DNA of 64,000 nucleotides from Octopus sinensis (Eukaryota): NCBI RefSeq assembly GCF_006345805.1, contig NW_021833048.1, positions 21,736 to 85,735 of the forward strand, read 5' to 3'. Shown piece by piece: positions 1 to 15,188 of this stretch (position 1 is its first letter; each line of letters starts with the position of its first letter). The notes under the pieces were generated by a model. It saw only the letters and a program-made list of their open reading frames with translations, ran no database searches and was not told where the DNA came from. The position numbers and the translations under genes were made by a program.

Positions 1-366
1 TTGCGAGGATGATCCGGTTCTTGACTGAGGATAAAAGGCTTCGAATGTTCGTGACATCCTGTTATTGTTTTTACGTATTATTTTTATTGTTTCTACGTAT
101 TATTTTTGTATTCATATTCGTGTAACATCGTCCTTTTTTCCATCTCTGTTTTGTATACATTCGAAGCTTTCTTCCAGGGAATCTAATGCATTTAGCTTAG
201 ATTTTTCCTTTGGGGCTGGCCAGATTGAAGTAATCTCAAGATTAATCAGTCAAAATTGCGAGGATGATCCGGTTCTTGACTGAAGATTGAAGGCTTCGAA
301 TGTCCCTTCCGTGTTTTTTGTATCGTCTCCTAAATGTTTTGCGTTCTTGTCCCAGTTTGTATTTTT

Positions 367-408
<42 letters not shown>

Positions 409-512
409 AAAAATACATATATATATATATATATATATACATATACACACCCCTTTACATACACACACATATATTCAGTTAGAGTTGAAACGCTATTTGA
501 TTTATTTTTCAG

Positions 513-599
513 TGTACAATTTTCCCACTCCCAAGTATGACATCACCCCTTCCTTTCTCATTCATAAACACAAGAGTATTATTATAGTAGATTATCTCG
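513..599 (+). CDS. S1 serine protease, probable internal exon (YNFPTPKYDITPSFLIHKHKSIIIVDYL)
   Basis: Acceptor tttatttttcAG at 511-512 and donor GT at 600-601. The 87-bp exon is phase 1 at both ends and joins in frame to the next exon as ...DYL-V-NDVAILRL, fitting the 'IH...ND' stretch before the catalytic Asp. The His-motif exon was not found in the window. Confidence 0.6.
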
Positions 600-667
600 G
601 TAACCATGGGAACTATAAAAAAAAATACAAAGCCCAGCATCACCACCGGATCATTCTACACATCTCT

Positions 668-1052
668 CTTTTACTTGTTTAAGTCATTTGCGACCATGCT
701 GGAGCACGACCTTTAGTCGAGCAAATCGACCCCGAGACTTATTCTTTGTAAGCCTAGTACTTATTCTATCGGTCTCTTTTGCCAAACCTCTAAGTGACGG
801 GGACATAAACACACCAGCATCAGTTGTCAAGCAATGCTAGAGGGACAAACACAGACACACAAACATTCACACACACATATATATACATATATACGACAGG
901 CTTCTATCAGTTTCCGTCTACCAAATCCACTCACAAGGCTTTGGTCGGCCCGAGGCTATAGTAGAAGACACTTGCCCAAGGTACCATGCAGTGGGACTGA
1001 ACCCGGATCCATGTGGTTGGTAAGCAAGCTACTTACCACACAAACACTCCTG

Positions 1053-1087
<35 letters not shown>

Positions 1088-1280
1088 CATCATCATCATC
1101 ATCATATATATATATATATATGATGGGCTTCTTTCAGTTTCCATCTACCAAATCCACTCACAAGGCTTTGGTCGGCCCGAGGCTATAGCAGAAGGCATTT
1201 GCCCAAGGTGCCACGCAGTGGGACTGAACCCGGAACCATGTGGTTGGTAAGCAAACTACTTACCACACAGCCACTCCAGC
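668..1280 (-). mobile_element. tRNA-derived SINE family A, with its tRNA-head half duplicated
   Basis: Reverse copy of the consensus: head GGCGCAGGAG-TGGCTGTGTGG (A box)...GGTTCAGTCCC (B box), internal TA/CA microsatellite, (AAAAGAGT)n tail. About 20 copies occur in the window. Confidence 0.85.
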
Positions 1281-1542
1281 ACCATCTGTGTAATTTCGCA
1301 CAATTCCACCCTGCCATTTGACCGAGAATCCTAAGACAAAAAAGAATCGCCCACATCAAATTTATATGTATAGATGAGAGGCTTCCCAACAGTATCCATG
1401 TACTAATTTCCTTTGTTAGTGCCCCCCCCTCTTATAGCAGAAGACACGTGACACGTTTCTGTTTATTTTTTTATCTATGTTTTTTTTTTGTGTATTGTTT
1501 ATGTTTCTAATATTTGTTCACTGTTTGTTTATTGTTCCGCAG

Positions 1543-1674
1543 TGAACGATGTTGCCATACTGAGGCTGAGCGAAGCAGTGAACACCAGCGACTGCATAAA
1601 ACCGATATCCCTGGCAACGTCTCACCAATATTACGAAGGAAGCTGCGTCGTGGCTGGATGGGGAGTGAAGACCT
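1543..1674 (+). CDS. S1 serine protease exon with catalytic Asp (NDVAILRL...SCVVAGWGVKT)
   Basis: Acceptor cgcAG at 1541-1542, donor GTaagt at 1675. Contains the chymotrypsin-fold motifs ND(V)AIL and C.V.GWG. Confidence 0.92.
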
Positions 1675-1740
1675 GTAAGTGACTCCGTGGGAAATTGTCC
1701 ATTCTTGCATGGCGTTATATACATCACTACCACCACCAAC

Positions 1741-3450
<1,710 letters not shown>

Positions 3451-3896
3451 CATCCAAAGCTAATTGCAGAAAATTATGCGCTGAAGAAAAAGACAACTAT
3501 TTTAATTATTCTGAAAAGGAAGGGAGACAACCGTGGACATGTTTCAGTCATTGTAGACCTCCTCAGGCAAAAATCCTTTTTGCCATACTTATCAAAGCAG
3601 TAATGCCAAATTACAGTGATGTCTATGCTTCACAGGAGGGCCAAGTGTGGCTCTTTTGAGCCAGGCATCTGCAATCAATTAAATGTACGACTGCTACAAT
3701 TAAGTCAATTACATCGACCCCAATGTGTAACAGGGGCTAATTTCAGAGTCAATAAATTAATTACTTAATTTATTTACTCTGAAAGGACAAAAAGCAAAGT
3801 TGACCTCGGCGGAATTTGAACTCAGAATGTAGCAGCAGACGAAATACCACTAGGCATTTCACCCGGCATGCTAACAATTCTGCCAAATTGCCGCCT

Positions 3897-3936
3897 TAAT
3901 AATAATAATAATTATAATAATAATAATAATAATAAT

Positions 3937-3989
<53 letters not shown>

Positions 3990-4002
3990 TAATAATAATA
4001 AC

Positions 4003-4033
<31 letters not shown>

Positions 4034-4072
4034 TAATAACAATAATAATAATAATAATAATAATAATATAAT

Positions 4073-4109
<37 letters not shown>

Positions 4110-4184
4110 TAATAATATAATAATAATACATAATAATAATAATATAATAATAATAATAATGATAATAATAATAACAATAATAAT

Positions 4185-4247
<63 letters not shown>

Positions 4248-4469
4248 TTAATAATAATAATAATAATAATATAATATACAAAATAATAATAATAATAATA
4301 ATAATAATATTAATAATATAATATAATAATAATAATAAAATAATAATATGATAATAAAATAACAATAAAATAATATAATAATAATAATATAATGATAATA
4401 ATAATAACAATAATAATAATATAATAATAATAATAATATAATAATAATAATAATATAATATAATAATAA

Positions 4470-4511
<42 letters not shown>

Positions 4512-4601
4512 TAATAATAATAAATAATAAAATAATAATAATAATATTATAAATAATATAATAATATATATAATAATATAATAATGAATAATAATAATAA
4601 C

Positions 4602-4635
<34 letters not shown>
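3897..4635. repeat. (AAT)n microsatellite
   Basis: Seen directly. Confidence 0.95.
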
Positions 4636-4638
<3 letters not shown>

Positions 4639-4639
4639 G

Positions 4640-5190
4640 CCCTGATGCAGTACCAGGCAGTGGCTCTCATAGCTTCTGATCTTAACTGATTGGAAGTGTT
4701 ATCATGTACATTGTTTTGTCTTGGTATAAAAGATGGGCTACAGCAAATATTCTGCTCAATACCACAGATTGCTTGTCAGTTTTTGACCTTACCAGTTGAG
4801 CACGTCCCTTAGTGGCTGACGATATGTGCATCTCTGACCACGAGCAGAAGTAGTTGGGGAGCATCATAGCCATGTGTTGAGAGGGATTCTTTTGGGTTTG
4901 AATAATCACCTCTGGAAACATGGGTGTTTCGTTCAACATCCTTAAACAATCCTTATTCAGGGAACTTTTGAGCTACTCGATCAGAAGAAAATTCTAACTG
5001 GACTGGGCCCCACCTGCAAGGTCATGTGCTGTTTATCTTGATATGAGATCACCATGTCGCGCACATATGGTTGTGATGCATGTGCCTGGTGTACCCTTAT
5101 CAGACGGGTAGTCATGATGGGTATATTGGGCTTCATATATTTTACCCCAGTGTCACTTTGATGGCATGAACCGCTCTCTCACTCAATAAT
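4640..5190. mobile_element. Unclassified interspersed element with (AAT)n tail
   Basis: About 550 bp of complex sequence embedded between (AAT)n tracts. It looks repeat-like, but no second copy occurs in the window. Confidence 0.4.
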
Positions 5191-5217
5191 AATAATAACA
5201 ACAACAACAACAAGAAC

Positions 5218-5252
<35 letters not shown>

Positions 5253-5687
5253 TAATAATAATAATAATAATAATCCTTTCTACTATAGGCATAAAGTTTG
5301 AAATTTTGGGAGAAGGTTTAAATCAATTTCATTGACTCCCGTACTCAAATGGTACTTAATTCATCGACCCTGAAAGGAATGAAAAGCAAAAGTGACCCTG
5401 GCGGCATTTGAACTCAGAACCTAAAGGCAAACGAAATGGTTCTAAGCCTTTTGTCCAGCATGCTAACAATTCTGCCAGCTGTCCTCTTCACGTTTGCCCA
5501 CCATTTGGTTTCAAATTTTGGCACAAGGCCAGCAATTTCGGGAGAGGTGGGTGGGGTGGAGTGGGGTACAAATCGATTACATCGACCCCAGTGCTCAATT
5601 GGTACTTAATTTATCAACCCCCAAAAAGATGAAAGGCAAAGCTGACCTCGGTGGAATTTGAACTCAGAACATAAAGACAGACGAACT

Positions 5688-5906
5688 CTCTTTACTCTTT
5701 TACTCATTTACTTGTTTCAGTCATTTGACTGCGGCCATGCTGGAGCACCGCCTTTAGTCAAGCAAATCGACCCCGGGACTTATTCTTTTGTAAGCCCAGT
5801 ACTTATTCTATCGGTCTCTTTTGCCGAACCGCTAAGTTACGGGAACATAAACACACACCAGCATCGGTTGTCAAGCAATGCTAGGAGGACAAACACAGAC
5901 ACACAA

Positions 5907-5943
<37 letters not shown>

Positions 5944-6112
5944 CATATATACGACGGGCTTCTTTCAGTTTCCGTCTACCAAATCCACTCACAAGGCTTT
6001 GGTCGGCCCGAGGCAATAGTAGAAGACACTTACCCAAGGTGCCATGCAGTGGGACTGAACCTGGAACCATGTGGCTGGTAAGCAAGCTACTTACCACACA
6101 GCCACTCCTGCC
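5688..6112 (-). mobile_element. SINE family A, near full length
   Basis: Same consensus as 668-1280; lies in a protease intron. Confidence 0.85.
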
Positions 6113-6199
6113 ACTAAGCATTTTACCCAGCATGCTAATGGTTCCGCCAGCCGGCCGTTGTTAACTAAAATTTTCATATCAATGTTTCCATTCCAACAG

Positions 6200-6342
6200 A
6201 TGATGGTCCTCTCTCAACAAGACTCCATTACACTTCGCTCCCAATAATTCCCCTGAAACATTGCCAGGCTCTGAGTCCATATCTACAGGATCAGCACCTT
6301 TGCGCAGGAGAATTAGGCCCCGACGGAAGGACCACCTGTAAG
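6200..6342 (+). CDS. S1 serine protease exon (YDGPLSTRLHYTSLPIIPLKHCQALSPYLQDQHLCAGELGPDGRTTCK)
   Basis: Acceptor caacAG at 6198-6199, donor GTaaga at 6343. Phase 1 in and phase 0 out bridges the flanking exons exactly. Contains the HC and LCAG cysteines and the Cys before GDSG. Confidence 0.92.
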
Positions 6343-6677
6343 GTAAGAAGGAATGAAGACCACTACTTCAAATTTTAAAATTACAAGCTTGGACAATAAT
6401 GGTCAATGGTGAGTGGACTTTGTGGGCAGAAACTGGAAAAAGCCCACCGTGTGTGTGTGTGTGTGTGTGTGTGTATGGATGTATGTATGTGCAGGGGATC
6501 TCTCTCTCCCTCTCTCTCTATATATATATAATGGAATTATTGTATACAGTGCTCAGGTGCACCATAACTTGTCAAAAAGTGCTTATAAAGCATATGCAGT
6601 AATGTATAAATGTCTGGAAAGTGAACAGTGTATGAGTCAGATACATGCTTGTGTGTGTATGGAGGGGAGAAAGATCA

Positions 6678-7092
6678 GGTGTAGTGTTGGCGAATCTCAG
6701 GAAGCATGGAAGTTTTGAAGGATGCAGTGCTCCGACAACTAACAACTGATGCCGGCAGTCTGTTCCATGCTTCAGCAACTCTTAGCGTGAAAAAGTGTTT
6801 CTGAAAGTCATGGGAGCTGTGCTGTTTTCTGACTTTGTAAATATGTCCACGGATGTTAGACGGGTGGAGTTTGAAAAGGTGCTCAGAGTTATTGTTTGTA
6901 AGATGGTTAATAATTTTATGGGTGTCTGCCAAGTCAGCTGCCAGACGTCGGAGTTTCAATGTGTCCATGCCCAGGAAAGTAAGGCGTTCAGAATATGGCA
7001 AATGCCTGATGGAGGGTATTCTTTTGGTTGCATGTCACTGAATGGCTTCCAGACGATTGATATCCTGGGCAAGATAGGGGTTCCAGACAGGT
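6678..7092 (-). mobile_element. CR1-group LINE, 3' end of the RT ORF (relic)
   Basis: VWNPYLAQDINRLEAIQ*...LPYSERL..L..RR..ADL...HFFTLRVAEAWNRLP is the typical CR1-type C-terminus, here with an in-frame stop. Confidence 0.85.
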
Positions 7093-7114
7093 GACACACA
7101 CAGACACACACACA

Positions 7115-7156
<42 letters not shown>

Positions 7157-8478
7157 GTATATATACATGTATGTATGTATGTATGTACATATCTATGTGT
7201 GTGTCTTCATGTTTCTGCTTGACAACCATTGTAGGTTTGTTTATGTCCCTGTAACTTAGCAGTTCTGCAAAAGAGCCTGTTTAAAAAAAAAAAGAAACAA
7301 AAAACACCAAAGAAACAAACAAAACACATAAGTACTGGGGCCAATTTGTTCGACTAAAACTCTTCAAGGTGACGGTGCCCCAGCATGGCCGCAGTCCACA
7401 GACCGAAACAAGTAAAAACTAAAAAGACAAGTAAATAAATAAATAAACAAATAAAATCGTTTGCTATAACAACAACAACAACAACAACAACACAATAAAG
7501 ACGAGAACAACAACAACAGCAACAACAATGACAAGAAGAAGAAGAAGAAGAAGAGAAGAAGAAGAGCAATGGTGATGAAAGAGAGAGAATGAAAGGCAAA
7601 ATGTCAGAAAATGGTAAATGTTGGATGGTGAGGGAATTTGATGGAAGTGTTGAACTGATGCACTTTGCAGGATGTCCTGTATGAACTAGCAGCCAATGGT
7701 AGGGGTGTGTGGGTGTGTGGGTGTGGGTGGGGTGGGTGGGGGGTTGCGGGTGGTATTGTGTGTACTTATATGTGTATGTATGAGTATGTATTTGCATGTA
7801 TGTATGTGTGTGTATGTATGTATGTATGTATGTATGTGTGTGTGTGTATGTATGTATGTATGTATGTATGTATGTATTTATGTGTGAATGTATGTATGTA
7901 TGTGTGTCTATGTATGTATTTGTATGTATGTATGTATGTATGCATGTGTGTGTGTGTGTGTTCGTATGTGTGTGTGTGTGTGTGTGTTCGTATGTGTGTG
8001 TTTGTGTGTGGGTATATGATCGTGTGTACGTACGACTGTGTGTGCGTATGATTGTGTGTGTGTATCAATGTCCATGTATGTATGTATATGTATGAGTGTG
8101 TGTATGTATATGTATGTATTTGCAAATATGTATATACATATGTATGCGTGTATATGTGTGTGAGTTGTGTGTGCATGTGTGTGTTCGTGCGTGCGCGTAT
8201 GATTGTGCATATGATTGTGTGCGTGTGTATCAATGTCCATGTATGTATGTGTATGTATGAGTATGTGTACGTTTATGTATGTATTTGCAAGTATGCATAC
8301 ACATACGTATGCGTGTATATGTGTGTGGATTGTGTGTGTGTATGAGTGTGTGGGTGTATGATCGTGTGTATGTATGAACGTACATGTATGTATGTATATG
8401 TATATATATATATGTAATTTCATGTATGCATGCATGTGTGTGTGTATGTGTACATACATATATACATACATACATACA

Positions 8479-8509
<31 letters not shown>

Positions 8510-9299
8510 ATATATATATGTATGTGTATATATATGACGTGGCCGATGACAGTATCAATTTCTTTATTGCCCACAGGGGGCTAAACATAGAGGGGACAAA
8601 CAAGGACAGACAAAGGGATTAAGTCAATTACATCGACCCAGTGCGTAACTGGTACTTATTTAATCGACCCCGAAGGGATGAAAGGCAAAGTCGACCTCGA
8701 TGAAAGGCAAAGTCGGCCGATGACAGTATCGCCTGATTGGCACTTGTGCCAGTGGGACATTAAAAGCACCATCTGAGCATGATCGTTGCCAGGGCCACGG
8801 ATTGGCTCCTGTGCCAGTGGCATGTAAGAAGCACCATTCGAGCGTGATCATTGCCAGCACCGCCTTACTGGCACAAGTGCCATTGACACGTGAAAAACAA
8901 CATTAGAATGTGGTCATTGGTATTAAAACTGCTTCAGTTGCTAATAATTAATTTTTAATAAGCCATCTCGTTATTTGAGACATCAGCATCTGAAAAAATG
9001 CTGATATTCTAAATATTGCAGCAATGAGATGCGACTGGCATGTGGTGACCAGTACTTGCCACTGATGAGGTCCAGCAGATTAAAATCACGTGATATGGGA
9101 ATTCTGCCTCCCTCAACGGCTGATTCTTGTTTGCTATGATTTACGTGTGGGTCATTTTTGTTCTTTTTTTAAGCGCCAAGTGTCTAAATGAGAGGTTCTC
9201 TCAGGGCGAATAATTCAGTAGTTGGTGTTCAGACCAGACGTTCCATGTTTAGTTGGATAGAAAGATTGCCTATACATACACATATAGATATATTTATGT

Positions 9300-9622
9300 A
9301 CACGGAATGAATTGGAGAAGTTCTTAAGCAGATCAGGCCGAAAATGTCGCTAGAATCTAGGATCACCAAGCATAGATTGGCATATTTCGGTCATATTATG
9401 TGGAGAAAATCCCTGGAGAAGGACATCATGCTTGGAATGGTAAGTGGCAAGAGAGGAAGAGGTCAACCAAGAACCCACTGGCTTGACACCATCAAGAGTG
9501 ATACTGGAATGGACATAGCCAGTCTGAAAGAAGCGGCCCAGGATAGAACTGACTGGGGGACACTGATCCATCGAGTGACCGAGAGTCGACTTCGACTAAG
9601 CGGACAGAGAGAGAGTGCCTAA
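9300..9622 (+). mobile_element. RTE-clade LINE, 3' end (relic)
   Basis: RLAYFGHIMWRKSLEKDIMLGMVSGKRGRGQPRTHWLDTIK...AAQDR..W is the RTE/BovB-type C-terminal motif. Confidence 0.85.
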
Positions 9623-9715
9623 CTGACCCTACTATACTGTGTTGTTGACAAAATCAAACAATGTGCATGTGTGAAATTAATAGTATAATGTGGTGACAAT
9701 TTTCTCACCACACCC

Positions 9716-9754
<39 letters not shown>

Positions 9755-10070
9755 ATGTGTGTGTGTGTAGTGCAAAGGAGAGCTTGGTTGAGAGACTTTT
9801 CTATAAGCAACCCAACGTCTCTAGGAAATTAAATGAATTGTGTGATGGTGCTGTTTTTCTCACAGACGGTGCCCAAATGACCCTACTATACTGTGTAGTC
9901 GACAAAATCAAATTTAAGCAATGTGCATGTGCAAAATTAAAAGTATAATGTGGCGACAATTTACTCATCACACCCACTGTGTGTGTGTGTGTGTGTGTGT
10001 GTGTAGGGTGCAAAGGAAAGCTTGGTTGAGAGACTTTTCTATGAGCAACCCAATATCTCTAGGAAATTAA
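9623..10070. repeat. Tandem duplication of about 256 bp containing (TG)n
   Basis: tgaccctactatactgtgt...ctctaggaaattaaa at about 9623 and 9879. Confidence 0.8.
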
Positions 10071-10084
10071 AAACTTAATTGCAT

Positions 10085-10256
10085 AGGCGTAGGAGTGGCT
10101 GTGTGGTAAGTAGCTTGCTTACCAACCACATGGTTCCGGGTTCAGTCCCACTGCGTGGCACCTTGGGCAAGTGTCTTCTACTATAGCCACGGGCCGACCA
10201 AAGCCTTGTGAGTGGATTTGGTAGACGGAAACTGAAAGAAGCCCGTCGTATATATG

Positions 10257-10287
<31 letters not shown>

Positions 10288-10492
10288 TTGTGTGTCTGTG
10301 TTTGTCCCCCTGGTATTGCTTGACAACCGATGCTGGTGTGTTTACGTCCCCGTAACTTAGCAGTTCGGCAAAAGAGAACCGATAGAATAAGTACTGGGCT
10401 TACAACGAATAAGTGCTGGGGTCGATTTGCTCGATTAAAGACGGTGCTCCAGCATGGCCACAGTCAAATGATTGAAACAAGTAAAAGAGTGA
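10085..10492 (+). mobile_element. SINE family A, full length
   Basis: Runs from ggcgtaggagtggctgtgtgg to aaacaagtaaaagagt and ends about 55 bp before the last protease exon. Confidence 0.88.
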
Positions 10493-10547
10493 AAGAGAGT
10501 ATAATAAATAAACGAACTCTAAGACCTTTATCTCTTTTTTTTTTCAG

Positions 10548-10703
10548 GGAGATTCCGGAAGTCCCTTAATGTGTCTCGATGCCCACAAAAAGGAAAGAAT
10601 TCTGGCTGGCATCGTGTCCTATGGCTGGAAGTGTAAGACTGGTCTCTCCGTTTATGCCAGGGTCTCTTTCTTTCATCAGTGGATTTTGAAACACATATTG
10701 TAA
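10548..10703 (+). CDS. S1 serine protease terminal exon with catalytic Ser (GDSGSPLMC...GIVSYGWKC...VYARVS...WI)
   Basis: Acceptor ttttcAG at 10546-10547 and TAA at 10701-10703. Contains GDSG, GIVS.G and VY.RVS motifs. Confidence 0.95.
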   Translation, partial: GDSGSPLMCLDAHKKERILAGIVSYGWKCKTGLSVYARVSFFHQWILKHIL

Positions 10704-10738
10704 GCAATTAGCACCTGCTACAGGTGATTAAACGAAAT

Positions 10739-10744
10739 AATAAA
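10739..10744 (+). terminator. Candidate poly(A) signal of the protease gene
   Basis: AATAAA about 35 nt after the stop codon. Confidence 0.55.
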
Positions 10745-11044
10745 AATTAATAAGATGTTGTAAATATTATTATATACGAATCTTATGGTTCCAGGTTCAG
10801 TCCCACATCATGGCACCTTGGTCAAGTTTCTTCTTTTATAGCATCAGGCCAAGTAAAGCTTTGCGAGTGGTGGACATGGTGGACGGAAACTGAAAGAAGC
10901 CCATCATATACATGTATGCATGTATGTATGTATGTATGTGTGTATGTATGTATCTATGTATGTATGTGTGTATGTATGTATGTATGAATGTATGTATGTC
11001 ATTATTCAGTTTATTCCAAGATTTCTTGCCAATATATCTATCTA

Positions 11045-11104
<60 letters not shown>

Positions 11105-13394
11105 ATATATATATATCTATATATCTATATATATATATATATTATTATATATATAATATATATATATAATATATATATATATATATGTATGTATGTATAT
11201 ATATATTTCGATGACTGGCATCTGTGCTAGTGGAGCGCTAAGAGCACCATCCGAGTGTGATCGTTGCCAGAACAGCTGACTAGTATCCGTGCCAGTGGCA
11301 CGTAAAAAGCACCATTCAAGCATGATCATTACCAGTGCTGCCTTACTGGCACTTGTGTCGGTGGCACGTAAAAAACACCATTTGAGCGTGGCCGTTGTCA
11401 GTACTGCCTGACTGGCCCTCGTGCCGGTGGCACGTAAAAGCACCCACTACACTCACGGAGTGGTTGGCATTAGGAAGGTCATCCAGCTGTAGAAACTCTG
11501 CCAGATCAAGATTGGAGTCTGGTGCAGCCATCTGGTTCACCAGTCCTCAGTCAAATCATCCAACCCATGCCAGCATGGAACCAAATCTACTGAACCAAAT
11601 CTCAAACTATTTCTGCCAAAGTGGTGTAGTTGAGGAGGTGTCCTCTTGAAAACAGTTAACAGTTTGCAATTTAGTTGGGATTGACGAAATGGTGGACTTA
11701 AGAATGTATTCAATCGCTGACCATGTTTGAATGGTAATACAAGGACCAGAGACACGCTTCATACCAGCTAAACATTCATAACAATGATCACTGGAACATT
11801 TGTTTGGGTAGTGAATGTCTGAACGACAATGTGAGAGGCTAAGATTTCCAAACAAAGAGAGAGAACAGACAACACGGATTTTACAGAAATAATCAGTAAA
11901 CGAAGCCGTATGTAACAATTATTGTTGTTGTCATCCAGATTCCAGTGTTGGGGGTTATGTTTCATCATCATCATCATCATCAATTAACGTCCGTTCTCCA
12001 TGCTGGCATGGGTTGGACGGTTGAACTGGGGTCTGGGAAGCCAGATGGCTGCACCAGGCTCCAGTCTGATCTGGCAGTGTTTCTACAGCTGGATTCCCTT
12101 CCAAACGCCAACCACTCCAAGAGTGTAGTATTTCTCTATTAGAAACCAGATCTGTCTTTCTAGGAAGAATATTAATAAATAAAAAGTATACACACGCATA
12201 TGTACATACATACCCAGTTGATCTTGAAATTCCAATGAAGGAGTCTTGGATCATCATCATCATCGTTTAACGTCCGTTTTCCATGCCAGCATGGAAAACG
12301 GACGATTTTGTCTCAGGGCTGGCGAACCAGATGGCGGCACCAGGCTCCAGTCTTGATCAGAGTTTCTACAGCTGGATGCCCTTCCTAACACCAACCACTC
12401 CGAAAGTGTAGTGGGTGCTTTTAAGTGCCTCTGACACGGGGGGCCAGTCAGGCAGTACTGGCAATGGCCACGCTCGAATCTTTTTACACATGCTACCGGC
12501 ATCTAGATTAGAAATTGGTTCTTTCTCTATTGGCAAGAAATCTTGAAATAAAATCGAATAGTGATATATATATATATATACATACACACACACATACATA
12601 CATACACACACACATACATACATACATACATACATACATACATACATACGTACGTACGTACGTACATGCACACATAATCAAATTACCTTTACAAGGCGCC
12701 ATGCCACGGGACCGAACCTGGATCCATATGGTTAAGAAGCAAGCTTCTTCTCACACGGCCATGCCTGCGCTTAATACACTAAAAACGCTTTTCCTCAATA
12801 CGAGCCGTTGACATTGGGGTACCTCGAATTCGCCCTGATTGTTTTATGCCACCAAGTATTGTATAATGAAACTAAAGATAATAATTAAACAATTAACGAA
12901 AGGGTAGAAAAGTTACAATACAAGGGAAATAATTCTAATATAATTAGTTTTACATTTATTATCTCCCTTTTATTTTTCTCAAAACTTTATATTATTTAGT
13001 TGTGTCTGGGGAAAGTCATTTTCTTTTTTTGCCTTAGAATTTAACACACTCACCGGTAAAATTTCCACTTATTTCTTATTTCAAGACTATTGAAAAGGTT
13101 GCAAGATGCAAGGAAAATTTTAAGAAAATAAAAATAAGAAATAAGGGAAAATTTTACCGGTCTCCAGACACAACAGAATATGCTTCAACACACGAACTCA
13201 CATAAAGAATCTTGCAATCCAAAAATGAAATTATATTATTTACGTTTATGAATTTGTTTTGCAAGATTCCTGATGTGAAATCATGTTTTGAAACATTATT
13301 TCAGATTTGTGAAGTCGTTGTGCATATAAAATCGTTCGCACGCCGGAAAAAAATTACTTAGCAGCATTTCTTCCGGCTTTACATTCTGAGATTT

Positions 13395-14025
13395 AAATTC
13401 TACTGATGTCAACTTTTGCATCCCGAAAAACTGAGGCCATCACCCTCCCTGCAGATGAAACAACCCTGACCTTCTTCGGAGCAAATGAGGAGGGGTGTTT
13501 GTACTGCATGGATTGTCTCTTTGTCTCTGGTTCAAAGTGATGAAGCCAACACTCATCCTGGATTAGGAAACGTCCGAGGAAACCAGCTGGATCTGCCTCA
13601 AACAATGTCAGATTTTCCCATGATATGATCAGCCTGGTACGCTTTCGATCACAGGTCAGAGTATATGGCACCCACCCAACAGAAACTTTCATCATATCAA
13701 GTTCATAGTGCAGAATATTCCCAAATCAGTCAAGGGATATTCTAATAGCACTGGCTATTTGATTTCCAGTCAATCGCCTGTCATCCATCACCATCTGGGG
13801 ATCACAATCAATGTTTTCCTTGATGCTGGAAATTACAGAACGACCAGACATTGGGTCGTTTTCAAGACCCTCTTTCTCTGCCTAAATTCAGTTGTTCACT
13901 GTTGCGTGGTTAATAAAGCTGGACTGTCATCCCCAGATCTAATAATCATGTTTGCATGAATATCCTTGGGGCTAAACCTTTTATCTGTAAATACTTGATA
14001 AAATCATGATGCCATATTTTGTCCA
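13395..14025 (-). mobile_element. Mariner transposase relic
   Basis: DKIWH..IKYLQIKGLAP N-terminus, then WVP..LT, FL.RF...DE.WLHHFEPETKRQS and SAGRVMASVF.DAK. Frameshifted and truncated. Confidence 0.88.
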
Positions 14026-15112
14026 GTGAGTGTGTTACATAATAAGGTACAAAAAGAAAACGACTCTCCCCAGACACAACAGAATATGCTTCAACACACG
14101 AACTCATATAAAGAATCTTACAAACCAAATCCAAAAACGAAATATTTTGTCCAGTTGAGATTTCGCCACTGCTTAGTTATGAAGTCTCCTTAGAACAGTC
14201 AGGTGTCAGTTTACCTGGAAAGAAACAACTCAGTTATTAATAAAAAGCTCTTAAAATTACTGCATGCAAGATTTCACAACTCCAGCATCTCTCCTTCATA
14301 GTCAACCTGTCAGCTTTTCAATCCATCCTCGTACAGAGGCAAATTTCTGTACGCTCAGCAAAATTGAGGAAACATTGCCTGGAATTAAACAATAATAACA
14401 ACAACAATAACTATGTAGTGAATCTTGCAAGCATGAAGTGGATTCGATCCACCATAGCCAAATTTAAATTAACACTGCTACAGAGCTTTTCCCACGATGG
14501 AACAATGGTTTTTCTCTGACAGCAGTTTTTGCATTTTCCAGATGCCTTTAGCAAGGCCGAAATAATGTCTTCACCACTTGACCCTTTCCAACCTCTTCTA
14601 CTTCACCAAAGGCTAGAATAGAGATAACAAGACCACCAACTGAATCTATTGTTCTCAATATATCTAACTTTCTGGATAGTTATATAAGCAAGAACACCCC
14701 AAGCAAAAATCAGTTAGTCACCTTGGTGACTGTTCCAATGATGGATTGGATCTGTGTTTGTCCCCCCATCACCACTTGATAACTGATGTTAGTGTGTTTA
14801 TGTTCCTGTAACTTAGCAGTTCAGGAAGAAAAAAAAAAGACTGATAGAATAAGTACTAGGCTTAAAAAATAAGTCCAGGGGTCAATTTGTTTGACTAAAA
14901 AAATACTTCAAGTTGATGCTCCAGCATGGCTGCAGTCAAATCACTAAAACAACTAAAAGAATAAAGAATGTCTCTCACTTTCTCTTTCTCTTCCTCTCTC
15001 ATACATATATACATACACACTCACACACATATATATATATTTGCATATGTATATATATACATACATATATGTACATACATATATACATACACACATATAT
15101 AGATACATATAC

Positions 15113-15188
<76 letters not shown>

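Noticed and set aside
9058-9110. CTGATGAG-GTCC, a hammerhead 5' half
   Set aside because: No matching stem II partner followed by GAAA and no stem III were found.
10085-10170. tRNA-like A/B boxes in SINE heads as tRNA genes
   Set aside because: They do not form complete cloverleafs and continue into repeated SINE bodies.
11607-11918. Cys-containing 103-aa minus-strand ORF in non-repetitive sequence
   Set aside because: No recognisable family motif or convincing splice partners; possibly a decayed transposon.
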